NCBI RefSeq assembly: GCF_033971325.1
Contig: NZ_CP117180.1
Span: 66,041 to 130,040, forward strand
DNA from: Pampinifervens diazotrophicum
Lineage (GTDB): Bacteria > Aquificota > Aquificia > Aquificales > Aquificaceae
Direction: 5' to 3'
Length of the DNA: 64,000 bases
In this document: piece by piece, positions 1 to 11,084 of the stretch
Layout of the letters: each line of letters opens with the position of its first letter
Position numbering within the stretch: position 1 is the first letter of the stretch
Notes under the pieces: generated by a model
Told to the model about the DNA's origin: nothing
Seen by the model: only the letters and a program-made list of their open reading frames with translations
Databases searched by the model: none
Program-made: the position numbers and the translations under genes

Positions 1-583
<583 letters not shown>

Positions 584-599
584 TTAAGAGCATTATACA

Positions 600-1058
600 C
601 TACTTTTCAAACTTGAAAAACACAGAAAGGTAGTCCTTTCCTATCTTGTATCTGTTTATTAGGAGCTTCTCTCTAAATTGCTTGGGTATCTTTTCGTAAG
701 TTTCAGTAAGAACTACCGCAGGCATTACATCCAAACCCAAATACTCACCATTCCAGCTAAAGGCTTCTAACTTCTGTAAATCCTCAATACCATTCCTTGA
801 AAGCACCTTGAAAAAGACCCATTGCCTTGAAGTCTCCCTATCCTTTTTAACTTTACGGTCAACTTCAGAAAGTCTTATCTCCTGAGTCTTATTGAAAAAG
901 AGCACCTTCTTTCCCTTGAGAATCCTTAGGATACCGTCTCTTATGTCAAACTCAAAACCCGAGTATGCCCTACTTAGCTCTTCTGCACTTAGCTTTATTT
1001 CAAGCTCGGCGTCTATTAGGTTGCCAAAGTTCAGTAGGTCTTCAATGAATATGCCCAT
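600..1058 (-). CDS. Hypothetical protein (152 aa) upstream of ilvC on the same strand
   Basis: Intact ORF in the track. Coding-like composition. No motif I recognise. Confidence 0.45.
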   Translation of the reverse strand: MGIFIEDLLNFGNLIDAELEIKLSAEELSRAYSGFEFDIRDGILRILKGKKVLFFNKTQEIRLSEVDRKVKKDRETSRQWVFFKVLSRNGIEDLQKLEAFSWNGEYLGLDVMPAVVLTETYEKIPKQFREKLLINRYKIGKDYLSVFFKFEK

Positions 1059-1087
1059 GGATATAAAATATATCTAAGGGGGGAAAA

Positions 1088-2095
1088 ATGGATAAGTGCA
1101 AACTCTATAGAAAAATAACGAGAGGGCTACCTCTCAATGACGATGAGGTCAAGTTACTCGGGGAGATAATAAGGGAGGAGTTAAAGTTTCTTATAAGAAA
1201 TAACATACTGCCCACGCCAAGAAACTATGAAAGGTGGTTTTTGGTCTTCTGCCATCTGATTGAAAAGGGTAAACTTCCTCCAGATGCGGAGCTCGTGGAG
1301 ATATATCATACCATATACAACGGTGAAAAGATAAGCGATGTGAAGTTTGATGTGGAATTGACCCTTGAGGTGCTGAGCAAGCTAATTGAGGAATTCCATA
1401 GGCTTATAAGGGAACACAAAGAGTATGCGGATAAGAAGGAAGAGGAGCTTTCCAACATTGAAAAGAAGGCCATCGAGGGCGAGCTTACACCACTGATACT
1501 GGAACTCCTCATACACATAAGGGACATAAAGGCTCAGAATGAAAGGTTCCTTAAGAGGATAGAAGAACAACAACATATGATAGAGGAACTTAAGGAAAGA
1601 CTACAACAAGCAGAAACAGAAGCTAATATAGACTATCTTACAAATACCTTTAATAGAAGGTCCTTTGAAAGGGCACTTAGGGAAGCTTTTGAGGAGTATA
1701 AAAAAAGACAAGCCATATTTTCCCTTGTCCTTATTGACCTTGATGGATTCAAAAGGGTAAACGACCTCTACGGGCATTCCGCTGGGGATTTGGTGCTTAG
1801 ACGCGTAGCCCAACTACTGAGGCAGAGCCTCAGAGCTAAGGATATATTGGCAAGGTGGGGTGGTGATGAGTTTGCTGTGCTTATGTCTGGGACGAGGAAA
1901 GAGCAGGCGATAGCGGTAGCGGAAAGGCTCAAAAAAGCTGTAGAGGACTTAGAAATAGTTGTTGAGGGTGAAAAGGTTAGTTTATCCTTTAGCTATGGAG
2001 TGGTTGAGTCAGAGGACAGGTTTTCCAGCTTGGAAGAAATGATAAAAGAGGTGGACTACCTTATGTATCAGCGAAAGAAAAGCAAAAACTCATAA
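1088..2095 (+). CDS. GGDEF-domain diguanylate cyclase with a coiled-coil N-terminal region
   Basis: FNRRSFERAL...LIDLDGFKRVNDLYGHSAGDLVLRRVA...WGGDEFAVLM is a canonical GGDEF active-site region. RBS aagggggg lies upstream. Confidence 0.85.
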   Translation: MDKCKLYRKITRGLPLNDDEVKLLGEIIREELKFLIRNNILPTPRNYERWFLVFCHLIEKGKLPPDAELVEIYHTIYNGEKISDVKFDVELTLEVLSKLIEEFHRLIREHKEYADKKEEELSNIEKKAIEGELTPLILELLIHIRDIKAQNERFLKRIEEQQHMIEELKERLQQAETEANIDYLTNTFNRRSFERALREAFEEYKKRQAIFSLVLIDLDGFKRVNDLYGHSAGDLVLRRVAQLLRQSLRAKDILARWGGDEFAVLMSGTRKEQAIAVAERLKKAVEDLEIVVEGEKVSLSFSYGVVESEDRFSSLEEMIKEVDYLMYQRKKSKNS

Positions 2096-3430
2096 GTTTT
2101 TCTTTATCTCTCTCTTGTAAGCCCAGTAGAAGATTATAGCTCTGAGGGTAGTTTCAATACTCATGAACACCCAAAGGATTATTGGGCTGGGTAGCAATTT
2201 CAGAAATATAATAGAGGGGATTATTCTAAAGAACCAGAAGGAAGATAGGTTTATCACGAGGGGTATGTGGGTTTTACCCATGCCTTTTAGAGAGCCTGAG
2301 AATATGCTGGCGTAAGCCATCTGAGGTTGAGAGAGGGCTACTATAACAAGATAGTAAACCGCATAGCTTATCACCTCTTTGTCTCTTGTAAATATGAGGG
2401 AAAAATACTGAGGAAACAGGGCTATCAGAAGTCCTATAAGCCCCATTATAAGGGCGGTAGTGTGTGCACTTACTTTAACTCCATAGTCAAGCCCCTTAAA
2501 GTTCTTTGCACCGTAGTTCTGTCCTGCTAAGGTGGTGGAAGCTATCATCATACCAAACCCTATCATAAAAGAAACGCTTTCTACTCTTAGTCCTACTTGA
2601 TGAGCTGCAAGAGCCTTGTCTCCAAACTGGGCAACAAGACCCACAAAGATGTTAAAGGAAAGGCTTGTAAAGCCTCTCTCTATGGCTGTAGGTGTGCCTA
2701 TGCGGAGCATCTGAAGAAGTATGTCTTTTCTTAGGCTTAATTTGACAGGAAAGGGTTTTCTATGCTTTGCGTAAAGGTAAATATAGAACATAAGACCCAC
2801 TACTTCTGATAAGGCTATACCCCAGCCTGCACCTGCAACTTCAAGTCTTGGAAAGCCAAACTTACCGTATATGAGAAGGTAAGCAGAGCTTATGTTTACC
2901 ACGTTCATAAGAAGGGCAACCTTGAAGGGTGTTTTTGTGTCTCCGTATCCGTTATAGCCTGCATATATGGCGTTGGTGATAAAGCCAACGGTTATAAAGA
3001 GAAAAATAGGTTCTAAATATTCCCTCGCAAGGTCTACTACATTCTGAGATGCTCCAAAGGTAAGCATAAGATAGGAAACCAAGTCCTTACCCCAGAAGGT
3101 AAGAGGGAGTGCTATAAGGAAGGAAAGGATAATGCCCCAAAGGAGTGCAGGTGATGGGTCTTTGCCAGCTCCAACCCTTTGGGCTACAAGCACAGATGTC
3201 CCTGTATAGGCAAGGGACATAAGGGAGTATATGAACCAGAGCATGCTGGAGGAATACCCAACTGCAGCGACCGCAGAGGCGGATAGTCCGGAAACCAAAA
3301 TTACAGAGAAGGCACTCTCTACTGTGTATAGCAAGTTTGACAAAATTATGGGGAATGCCAGCTTTAGAACTTTACGTGCGACCTTTAACTTACCTTCTGA
3401 AGGGTCTATGAGCACTCTGTTATGGGACAT
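2090..3430 (-). CDS. MATE-family multidrug efflux transporter (NorM-like)
   Basis: 446 aa, about 12 predicted TM helices, typical MATE layout. Overlaps neighbouring genes by a few nt, as in an operon. Confidence 0.75.
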   Translation of the reverse strand: MSHNRVLIDPSEGKLKVARKVLKLAFPIILSNLLYTVESAFSVILVSGLSASAVAAVGYSSSMLWFIYSLMSLAYTGTSVLVAQRVGAGKDPSPALLWGIILSFLIALPLTFWGKDLVSYLMLTFGASQNVVDLAREYLEPIFLFITVGFITNAIYAGYNGYGDTKTPFKVALLMNVVNISSAYLLIYGKFGFPRLEVAGAGWGIALSEVVGLMFYIYLYAKHRKPFPVKLSLRKDILLQMLRIGTPTAIERGFTSLSFNIFVGLVAQFGDKALAAHQVGLRVESVSFMIGFGMMIASTTLAGQNYGAKNFKGLDYGVKVSAHTTALIMGLIGLLIALFPQYFSLIFTRDKEVISYAVYYLVIVALSQPQMAYASIFSGSLKGMGKTHIPLVINLSSFWFFRIIPSIIFLKLLPSPIILWVFMSIETTLRAIIFYWAYKREIKKNL

Positions 3431-4166
3431 AGGTTCTCATTACCTGCATGGTTTTTTCGTAGCCAAGCTTATATAGCTCATCCGCTTTCAAAAGGCTAAG
3501 TGGCGAATAAGAGTATAGTTCAGGCTCTATTAAAACATTACATAGCTCCTTTCTTTTGTCTGCGTTAGACCTAACCGCCAAAAGGAAACTCCGCACAAGA
3601 ACTTGAAAGATATTTCCCACCTTTTCCAGTGGCGTATTTGGGTTCACATCAACACCCACGAGCAACCCTTCCATCCCAAGAAGAGGTTCAACAGGTAAGT
3701 TGTTGGTTATGCCACCATCTACGAGAAGGTAATTCTTATACCTTATAGGTTCAAATATGCCAGGTAAAGCACAGCTACCTAACAAAACTGGAAACAGGCT
3801 CCCACTTTTAAAATACAAGGTTTTACCACTCTTGAGGTCTACCGCACCGATAAAGAGCCTTTTCTTTAACCCTTCTATACTGTCTGTAGAAAGCATATTT
3901 CTAAGATACTTTTCCGCATCCCTAAGGGATATTAGCCCAAGCCTCGGCACAGTGGGTCTAAGGTATCTGAGCCAGTCCCTTGACTTTACAACCCTTAGCA
4001 TTTCTTCTGGAGTGTATCCATCGCAGTAAAAGGCACCCACCAAAGCTCCAGCACTTACACCGCTCACCGCAGATATCTCAAAGCCCAGCTCCTCAAGAGC
4101 CTTTATTACGCCTATATGTGCTATGCCACGAGATGCTCCACCAGAAAGTGCAAGGTTAACCTTCAT
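3420..4166 (-). CDS. Patatin-like phospholipase (RssA family)
   Basis: N-terminal GGASRG oxyanion motif and GVSAG (GxSxG) serine nucleophile motif. DGG near the C-terminus. Confidence 0.8.
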   Translation of the reverse strand: MKVNLALSGGASRGIAHIGVIKALEELGFEISAVSGVSAGALVGAFYCDGYTPEEMLRVVKSRDWLRYLRPTVPRLGLISLRDAEKYLRNMLSTDSIEGLKKRLFIGAVDLKSGKTLYFKSGSLFPVLLGSCALPGIFEPIRYKNYLLVDGGITNNLPVEPLLGMEGLLVGVDVNPNTPLEKVGNIFQVLVRSFLLAVRSNADKRKELCNVLIEPELYSYSPLSLLKADELYKLGYEKTMQVMRTYVP

Positions 4167-4629
4167 GTATTAAAAGGATAGTGCAAAAACAGGCAATCCC
4201 GTCTTCTCTACAAAACCCTTCTCTTGTCTTTCCCTTTATTGAAATGTTCTCCGGTGCTATTTCCAGCATCCTTGAGAGGTTTTCCTTTATGGCATTCTTG
4301 TAAGGTGCTATCTTAGGTTTGTCCGCCACAATAACACAGTCAAGGTTTATAAGGCGATAACCTTTTTGCCTCATTCTATTTATAGCCTCTTGGAGAAAAA
4401 CCTTAGAATCCGCCTTTTTCCACCTTGGGTCCTTATTGGAGAATATCTGCCCTATGTCGGGTTCACCCAATGCACCAAGTATGGCGTCAGTTATAGCGTG
4501 GAGCAAAACATCTGCGTCTGAATGTCCCTTTAGTCCAAGAGGGAAATCAATAACTACACCACCGAGCTTTAATGGTTTGCCTTCTTCAAAAGCATGTGAG
4601 TCAAAGCCAAGTCCTATTCTTATGTTCAT
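4156..4629 (-). CDS. ispF: 2-C-methyl-D-erythritol 2,4-cyclodiphosphate synthase
   Basis: MNIRIGLGFDSHAFEEGKPLKLGGV...GHSDADVLLHAITDAILGA matches the IspF signature. Confidence 0.9.
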   Translation of the reverse strand: MNIRIGLGFDSHAFEEGKPLKLGGVVIDFPLGLKGHSDADVLLHAITDAILGALGEPDIGQIFSNKDPRWKKADSKVFLQEAINRMRQKGYRLINLDCVIVADKPKIAPYKNAIKENLSRMLEIAPENISIKGKTREGFCREDGIACFCTILLIHEG

Positions 4630-5054
4630 CGGTTAAGGAACTGCATAAAGTAGAAGATAAGCCAACCCGTCACAGCCACGTATATCCAAACGAAAGCGGT
4701 TATAGGAGCAATTTTCTTGTGCCTCTCAAACAGCCCCTTAAAGGCATATCTAAGGGTTATAACCGCAAGAGGAAAGTTTACTATAGCGAGGGCGGTATGA
4801 GACCAGAGAATAAAAAGAAACAGCTCTTTGTACGGACCTTCGTACTTTCCAATGGGCACAAGCCCTTGAGCCTGAAGCATATTTCTGAGGATATAGAGGA
4901 AAACAAATATAAGGGCAAATACTGAAGCGGTTATCATAGCCTTTTTGTGAGCTTCTCTTTTGCCAGACTTTATGAGAAATATGCCAAGAACTATGGCAAC
5001 TCCACTTACAGATATGGTAAGCATACTCAAAAGAGTTATAAAAGTGGTAAGCAT
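4626..5054 (-). CDS. Small integral membrane protein, DUF420-like (4 TM)
   Basis: 142 aa with four hydrophobic helices. It resembles the DUF420 proteins found with haem-copper oxidase genes. The family assignment is from memory and is not verified. Confidence 0.45.
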   Translation of the reverse strand: MLTTFITLLSMLTISVSGVAIVLGIFLIKSGKREAHKKAMITASVFALIFVFLYILRNMLQAQGLVPIGKYEGPYKELFLFILWSHTALAIVNFPLAVITLRYAFKGLFERHKKIAPITAFVWIYVAVTGWLIFYFMQFLNR

Positions 5055-5109
5055 GGTTTCTATTATACAACTACTTGGTGCTTTCTTCAGCTTATGTTAA
5101 AATCTTAGC

Positions 5110-5859
5110 ATGTTTCATATAGAGCTAAACGGTAAGACCGCCCTTATAACTGGTTCTACTCGTGGAATAGGAAAAGCCATAGCCCAGTATCTTGCAAAGG
5201 CAGGTGCAAGGGTAATAATAACAGGGAGAGACCAAGGCAGAGCGGAAGAGGTAGCTAAGGAGATAGCACAAACTTACAGAGTAGAAACTCTTGGTGTTGC
5301 CATGGATATGTCCGAAAAGGACTCCATAACCTCTGCCTACGAAAGGATAGAGTCCCTTTTTGGTGGAGTAGACATACTCGTAAACAACGCAGGCATAACA
5401 AAGGATAAGCTCTTTTTGAGAATGTCCCTTGAGGACTGGGAAGAAGTCCTTAGAGTAAACCTTACGGGAACTTTTCTTATAACCTCCCTTGCGATAAAGG
5501 GTATGCTTAAGAAAAGATGGGGTAGGATAGTAAACATATCCTCTGTGGTAGGCTTTACCGGCAACATAGGGCAGGTAAACTACTCCTCTACAAAATCTGC
5601 ACTTATTGGGTTTACCAAAAGCCTTGCCAAGGAGCTGGCAAGCAGGAACATAACTGTCAATGCGGTAGCACCAGGCTTTATAGAAACGGACATGACTTCA
5701 GTGTTAAACGATGAGCTAAAGCAAGCCTATCTAAAGAGCATACCACTTGGCAGGTTTGGAAAGCCAGAGGATGTGGCGGGTGCGGTGGTGTTTCTGTGTT
5801 CAGACTATGCCAGCTATATTACCGGTGAAGTTCTGCACGTAAATGGTGGTATGTATTAA
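5110..5859 (+). CDS. fabG: 3-oxoacyl-[ACP] reductase (short-chain dehydrogenase/reductase)
   Basis: GKTALITGSTRGIGKAIA Rossmann motif, NNAG, and the catalytic YSSTKSA (YxxxK) motif. Confidence 0.85.
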   Translation: MFHIELNGKTALITGSTRGIGKAIAQYLAKAGARVIITGRDQGRAEEVAKEIAQTYRVETLGVAMDMSEKDSITSAYERIESLFGGVDILVNNAGITKDKLFLRMSLEDWEEVLRVNLTGTFLITSLAIKGMLKKRWGRIVNISSVVGFTGNIGQVNYSSTKSALIGFTKSLAKELASRNITVNAVAPGFIETDMTSVLNDELKQAYLKSIPLGRFGKPEDVAGAVVFLCSDYASYITGEVLHVNGGMY

Positions 5860-5868
5860 CCTTTTTTT

Positions 5869-6357
5869 ATGCCTTTATGCTATATAGCCTTTGGGAGCAA
5901 CGTAGAGGACAGGGTCAATCACATAATAAAAGCCTTGGAGCTTCTAAAGGGCTATGGCTCAATAAAAAAGGTCTCCACACTATACCTTAGCCAGCCATGG
6001 GGCAAGACAGACCAGCCAGTTTTTATAAATGGCGTCCTTGAGTTTGAAACAGAGCTTAACCCTATAAGGCTTCTTGAGGTTTTGAAAAACATAGAAAGAC
6101 AGGCTGGTAGGAAACCAAGAGAAAGGTGGGGACCAAGAGAGATAGACCTTGATATATTACTCTATGAAAACCATATTTTGATGCTTAGCTTTCTCCGTAT
6201 CCCGCACCTCTACCTTACAGAAAGAGACTTCTTCCTATTTCCACTTCTTGAGCTAAAACACGACCTTATACATCCCGTAAGCAAGGTCAAACTTCAAGAA
6301 TACGCAAGTAGGCTTGAAAACAACCTTACTCCCTTTGCCTGCCTTTTACCATTTTAA
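5869..6357 (+). CDS. folK: 2-amino-4-hydroxy-6-hydroxymethyldihydropteridine pyrophosphokinase (HPPK)
   Basis: IAFGSN...YLSQPWG...REIDLDILLYE are conserved HPPK motifs. Confidence 0.85.
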   Translation: MPLCYIAFGSNVEDRVNHIIKALELLKGYGSIKKVSTLYLSQPWGKTDQPVFINGVLEFETELNPIRLLEVLKNIERQAGRKPRERWGPREIDLDILLYENHILMLSFLRIPHLYLTERDFFLFPLLELKHDLIHPVSKVKLQEYASRLENNLTPFACLLPF

Positions 6358-7374
6358 TTCACTCCTTTTGGCATAAGTCTGAGGTTTTGCTTGGAAAAAG
6401 TCCGTCTTTGTGTCATTTATAGTCCTAAACTGGTCTATCCATTTCATAGGGTTTTCTGTAACTTCGGGATAGAGTGGCTTGTAGCCAAGTTGAGTAAGCC
6501 TAAGGTTAGAGAGATACTTTATATACCTGTCTATAAGATAGTCATTAAGACCCAGTATCTGGTTCTGGGTGACATACTTACCCCACTCTATTTCCTTCTC
6601 TGTGGCAAACTTGAAAAACTCATAGACCCACTTTTCAATCTCTGGAGTGAAAAGCTCAGGCTGTTCTTCTTTGAGGGTTAATATGATATTCCTAAAGAGG
6701 GTCACATGGGTTAGCTCGTCTCTGTTTATATACTTTATCTGCTGAACGGTGTTTCTTACCTTTCCCTGTCTTCCAAGGGTATAGAAAAAGGCAAAGCCAG
6801 AGTAAAAGTATAGGCTCTCAAGCACATAGTTGCCAAAAACCGCCTTTATAAAGTTTTCCTCATTGGGTTTTTTTATAAACTCGTTATAAAGCTCTGCGAC
6901 TACACTATTTCTCTCCATAAGAACCTTGTCCTGTCTCCAGTAGTTGTATATCTCGTCTGCAACCCTTGGGTCCACAACGCTTTCGAGGATAAACTGGTAT
7001 GAATAGCTATGCAGTGCCTCCTGAAACTCTTGAGAGGTGAGAGCCATAACGAGCTCTGGTGCGGTAATATAGCGTGCAAACTCCTTTAACATGTTTACCT
7101 GATAGGAGTCAAGAGCTATCAGAAAGGACAATACCATTTCGTAGGCTCTCCTTTCATACTCAGAGAGCTCTTTTTCATACTGCTTCCTATCCTCGTGCAT
7201 AGGAATCTCTTCTGGTATCCAGAAGTTGGTAAAGCCCATGGTCTTATAAAGGTCAAAAGCCCACTGATACTTGACGCTGTTTAGTTCCATTATGTTGGTA
7301 GGGTTTCCAAAGACCATTTTCCTTCTTGATGGTTCTCTGTCACCTTCAGGGTTGAAGATTATAGTCCTCTCCAT
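6346..7374 (-). CDS. nrdB: Class I ribonucleotide reductase small (beta/R2) subunit
   Basis: 342 aa ferritin-like di-iron protein with conserved E/H ligands, e.g. FLIALDSYQVNMLKEF...EALHSYSY. Lies immediately downstream of nrdA. Confidence 0.88.
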   Translation of the reverse strand: MERTIIFNPEGDREPSRRKMVFGNPTNIMELNSVKYQWAFDLYKTMGFTNFWIPEEIPMHEDRKQYEKELSEYERRAYEMVLSFLIALDSYQVNMLKEFARYITAPELVMALTSQEFQEALHSYSYQFILESVVDPRVADEIYNYWRQDKVLMERNSVVAELYNEFIKKPNEENFIKAVFGNYVLESLYFYSGFAFFYTLGRQGKVRNTVQQIKYINRDELTHVTLFRNIILTLKEEQPELFTPEIEKWVYEFFKFATEKEIEWGKYVTQNQILGLNDYLIDRYIKYLSNLRLTQLGYKPLYPEVTENPMKWIDQFRTINDTKTDFFQAKPQTYAKRSELKW

Positions 7375-7386
7375 TTTTTTACCTCC

Positions 7387-9678
7387 TTAGGTGGAACAGC
7401 TTTCGCACTCTTCTATATCGGTCATAGACTTGCTCCTTGTGTAATAAAGGGTTTTCAAACCCAGCTCCCATGCAAGCTCGTAAAGTTTAGAGAGCTTAGG
7501 ACCATCTATGTTCTCTGGGTCAATGAAGAGGTTAAGAGATTGTGCTTGGTCTATCCACTTCTGCCTTACCGCACCAGCTCTTATGACCCACTCCTGGTCT
7601 ATGTTGTAGGCACTTTTGTAGTGCCAGAAGTACTTATCTATCTCTGGTGGCACCTGAGGAAGTATTCCAGACATGTTCTCTTCCTTGTAATACTTGGCGA
7701 ATATGGGGTCTACCGATGGTGTTGCTCCCACGATGAGGGAGGTAGAGCCTGTGGGCATCACCGCAATAAGGTAGGCGTTTCTCATACCGTAGCTTTTGAC
7801 CTCCTGTGCAAGACCTACCCAATCAAAGCCATTCTTAGAAATCCTTGTATTTTCCTCCGCACTCCTGCCAAAGAACACTCCTTTACTCCATTCTGAGCCT
7901 TCAAAAAGCTCATACCTTCCTCTTTCCTTTGCCAACTGCATTGAACCCTTTATAGCATAATAAGCCAACCTTTCAAATAGGGTATCTGCAAACTCAAGGT
8001 GCTCCTCTGACTCCCATTGTATGCCATGCTTTACAAGACAGTAATGGTAGTTGCTTACCCCTATGCCTATTGACCTGTATCTTTTATTTGTCCATTCCGC
8101 CTCTTTTATGGCGTAGAAGTTCATACTTATCACATTATCTAACATCCTCACAAGCAGTGGCACAACCCTTTCCATGTCCTCCTTTGTGTAGACCTTGCCA
8201 AGATTAACAGACCCAAGATTACAAACTACCACATCTCCAGCCTTTTTCTTGTGAACTATAATTCCATCCTCTGTAAGCGTATCCTCTATGTGGATAGTTG
8301 TGGACATGTTTTGCACTATCTCATGGCACAGGTTAGAGCTGTATACCATACCACAATGCTTGTTGGGGTTTAGCCTATTTGCAGTATCTCTAAAGAATAT
8401 GTATGGCTCACCAGTTTCAAAAATCACCGTCAAAAGCCTTTTCCAAAGTTCAAAGGCGTCCACTTCCTTCTTTGCATGTGCTGGCAGTTCCCTTTCTAAT
8501 TTCTCGTAAAGCCTTTCAAATTCCTCTCCATAAAAGTCCTCAAGATTTTTCCCATCCTTTACATTTTTACAGTAATAGGGGTCAAGTAAGGTCCAATTTT
8601 GCCTGCTTTTAAGCCTTTTCATAAAAAGGTCTGGTATTGAAATGGCAGGATGTATATCGTGAGCCTTTTTCCTCTCATCCCCTACGTTGGTCTTCACCTC
8701 AAGGAAATCCAAAACATCCTTATGCCATATATCAAGGGTTATGGAGGCAGAGCCCTTCCTCATACCAAGCTGGTCTACATATATCATCACATCGTTTAGA
8801 ATCTTCACCACAGGAAGCACTCCAGAGCTTGCACCTTTGAACTTTCTAATAGGAGCACCCGTTGCCCTTATTTTGCCCAGGTATATACCAAGACCGCCTG
8901 CAAACTTGGATATCTGCCCCGCCTTTTGCACATTGTCAAAGATATCATAAAGGTCATCGTCTACAGTTAACACAAAGCAAGAGCTAAGCTGTGTATGTGT
9001 CCTGCGTGCATTCATAAGAGTAGGAGTTGCCAGAGATATCTCATGCTTACTCATAAGGTCATAAAAGAGCTTTGCATACTTTAGCCTTTCCTCCTTCTTC
9101 TCCGGTATAGCCAAGGTCATAGCCACAAGCATATACATTTCCTGAGGAAGCTCCACTATGTTTCCCTCCTCGTCCCTTACCAAATACCTGTCTGCGAGCA
9201 CCTTTATGCCCGTGTAGTTGAAAAGCAGGTCTCTATCAGGGTCTATATACCTTGCAAGTTGATTGAAGTCTTCTTCTGTGTATTCTCTTAGGAGATAATC
9301 TCCGTATATACCCCTATCCGCATAGGTCTTAACAAGCCTGTAAAAGCTATCTGGGTTATAGGGTTTGTATTTACCGTTTATCTTGTCCTTTACCTTATAA
9401 CCTCTGAGATGCCCCACGTCTTTGTAAAGGTCGTAAAGAAGTAGCCTTGCCGCTACATATTGCCACTGCGGTGTTTGAGGTGAAACCTTTTCTGCTGCAG
9501 TCCTTATAAGGAGCTGTTGTATCTCCTTTGTGCTTATTCCATCTCTGAACTGTATCTGTGCATCCAGTTCAAGCTCCATAGGGTCTACATCTATCTCCTT
9601 GCAAGCAAAGTCAATAACTATGCGTATCTTGGATATGTCCAAGGATTCCTTCTTTCCGCTCCTTTTGAGGACGTACAT
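7387..9678 (-). CDS. nrdA: Class I ribonucleotide reductase large (alpha) subunit; no intein
   Basis: 763 aa. N-terminal ATP-cone-like region, conserved catalytic Cys/Asn/Glu region, C-terminal CxxC tail (ECESCST). Confidence 0.9.
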   Translation of the reverse strand: MYVLKRSGKKESLDISKIRIVIDFACKEIDVDPMELELDAQIQFRDGISTKEIQQLLIRTAAEKVSPQTPQWQYVAARLLLYDLYKDVGHLRGYKVKDKINGKYKPYNPDSFYRLVKTYADRGIYGDYLLREYTEEDFNQLARYIDPDRDLLFNYTGIKVLADRYLVRDEEGNIVELPQEMYMLVAMTLAIPEKKEERLKYAKLFYDLMSKHEISLATPTLMNARRTHTQLSSCFVLTVDDDLYDIFDNVQKAGQISKFAGGLGIYLGKIRATGAPIRKFKGASSGVLPVVKILNDVMIYVDQLGMRKGSASITLDIWHKDVLDFLEVKTNVGDERKKAHDIHPAISIPDLFMKRLKSRQNWTLLDPYYCKNVKDGKNLEDFYGEEFERLYEKLERELPAHAKKEVDAFELWKRLLTVIFETGEPYIFFRDTANRLNPNKHCGMVYSSNLCHEIVQNMSTTIHIEDTLTEDGIIVHKKKAGDVVVCNLGSVNLGKVYTKEDMERVVPLLVRMLDNVISMNFYAIKEAEWTNKRYRSIGIGVSNYHYCLVKHGIQWESEEHLEFADTLFERLAYYAIKGSMQLAKERGRYELFEGSEWSKGVFFGRSAEENTRISKNGFDWVGLAQEVKSYGMRNAYLIAVMPTGSTSLIVGATPSVDPIFAKYYKEENMSGILPQVPPEIDKYFWHYKSAYNIDQEWVIRAGAVRQKWIDQAQSLNLFIDPENIDGPKLSKLYELAWELGLKTLYYTRSKSMTDIEECESCST

Positions 9679-9833
9679 GAGTTTACCTCCTTTCCTTGTA
9701 TTCTTCGGATAGCAAAGGTCTTAGTTTACGACCAAGGATAACACATGGCAAGCTCAGAGGTCCTTGAAAAGTCATAACCTCCTTTTCCACGCTCTTAGTA
9801 TGGGTTCTTCCATAAAAACGTTTCCAAGGTGCT

Positions 9834-11084
9834 TCATTCCAGCCTAAGGTAAGCTATAGCCTCAATATGGTAGGTATTGGGAAAATTATCCACCATCCTT
9901 ACACCAAGCAGGTTATAACCACCTTTTACCAAAACCTTTAGGTCTCTTGCCAAGGTCGTAGGTTCACAGGAGACGTAAACCATCTCCTTAGGTTTATTCT
10001 TCAAAATAATCTTTGCCTCGCCTTCAGAAAGACCCGACCTTGGAGGGTCAAGAAAGAGCAAATCTATAGGCTCTCCCGCATGCTTTTTTAAGGCTTCAAG
10101 ACCGCTTTCGTGCTGAAAGCTCACATTACCTACGGAGTTTATCTTTGCGTTGTATTCCGCATCTCTTATAGCAGATCTGTTAGTGTCGTAAGCAAGAAGG
10201 AAGTTAGACCTTTCAGACAAGAAAAAGCTAAAAAATCCTATACCGCAGTGTAATTCAAGCACATGGTTATATCTTTCTTTTGGCACTGCAGAGCTAACAA
10301 AGGCTTCCCAAAGAAAGTGGTTAACCTGAATAAAGGAATCCATACTTACCCTATACTTGTATGGACCTACCTTTACAAAGGTAAAATCCCTACCAAGGCT
10401 GTAGAGTCTATTCTCTATATACACACCTACACCTACCACTCTTTTAGGAAGGATGTTATCTGTGAGCTTTTTTAGTTTTTCCTTTGGAAAGGGCTTTTCT
10501 AAGAGGAGTTTTATCAGAAATTCTCCTTCATGAGGAGAGTAAAAAACGTGTATCTCCTTTAGACCATCCACTTTCTTCACGAGCTCTTTGAGAGAAGGGA
10601 CAAGGTCATTTATGGCAGGATGAGCAACAAGGCATTCTTTTATCTCCACTATATTATGGCTTCTCCTTTCAAAGAATCCCAACTTCCCCTCAGAAACCTT
10701 AAACTGAACCCTTACCCTATAGCCAAACTCCTCAGAAAATAGAGAGGGTTCAAGCCTCTTTAGCTCCAGTTTGCCTATTCTGTTTAGAGTCTCAAGAAGT
10801 ATGTCTTCTTTTGACCTTACCTGAGCTGGATATTCCATATGTTGAAGTTGACAACCTCCACAGACTCCAAAATAGGGACATGGCGGTTCTCTTCTTGTGG
10901 AAGACTGGAGTATTACCCTCTTTGCCTTTGCAAGAAGATAGTCCTTCTTTTCCTGAAGGGTTTGAATTTCCACTATCTCACCAGGAAGGGCATAGTCCAC
11001 GAAAATGGTTTTTCCTTCCTTTTGTGCAAGACCATAACCGCCATAAACAAGCTTCTTTATGTAGAGGCTTTCCTGTAGGTTCAT
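9834..11084 (-). CDS. rlmD: 23S rRNA (uracil-5)-methyltransferase, RumA/RlmD family (TRAM domain plus Fe-S plus SAM methyltransferase)
   Basis: N-terminal TRAM-like region, Cys cluster CPYFGVCGGCQLQH, C-terminal class I methyltransferase motifs (LDPPRSG). Confidence 0.8.
   Translation of the reverse strand: MNLQESLYIKKLVYGGYGLAQKEGKTIFVDYALPGEIVEIQTLQEKKDYLLAKAKRVILQSSTRREPPCPYFGVCGGCQLQHMEYPAQVRSKEDILLETLNRIGKLELKRLEPSLFSEEFGYRVRVQFKVSEGKLGFFERRSHNIVEIKECLVAHPAINDLVPSLKELVKKVDGLKEIHVFYSPHEGEFLIKLLLEKPFPKEKLKKLTDNILPKRVVGVGVYIENRLYSLGRDFTFVKVGPYKYRVSMDSFIQVNHFLWEAFVSSAVPKERYNHVLELHCGIGFFSFFLSERSNFLLAYDTNRSAIRDAEYNAKINSVGNVSFQHESGLEALKKHAGEPIDLLFLDPPRSGLSEGEAKIILKNKPKEMVYVSCEPTTLARDLKVLVKGGYNLLGVRMVDNFPNTYHIEAIAYLRLE

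Noticed and set aside
7387-9678. Intein in nrdA, as in Aquifex aeolicus
   Set aside because: At 763 aa the protein has the standard length, and no Hint-domain block (Cys/Ser...HN) interrupts the catalytic region.
9679-9833. NrdR box or other riboregulator upstream of nrdA
   Set aside because: I could not find a 16-bp acaCwAtATaTwGtgt-like palindrome or a cobalamin-riboswitch-like element in the 155-nt leader.
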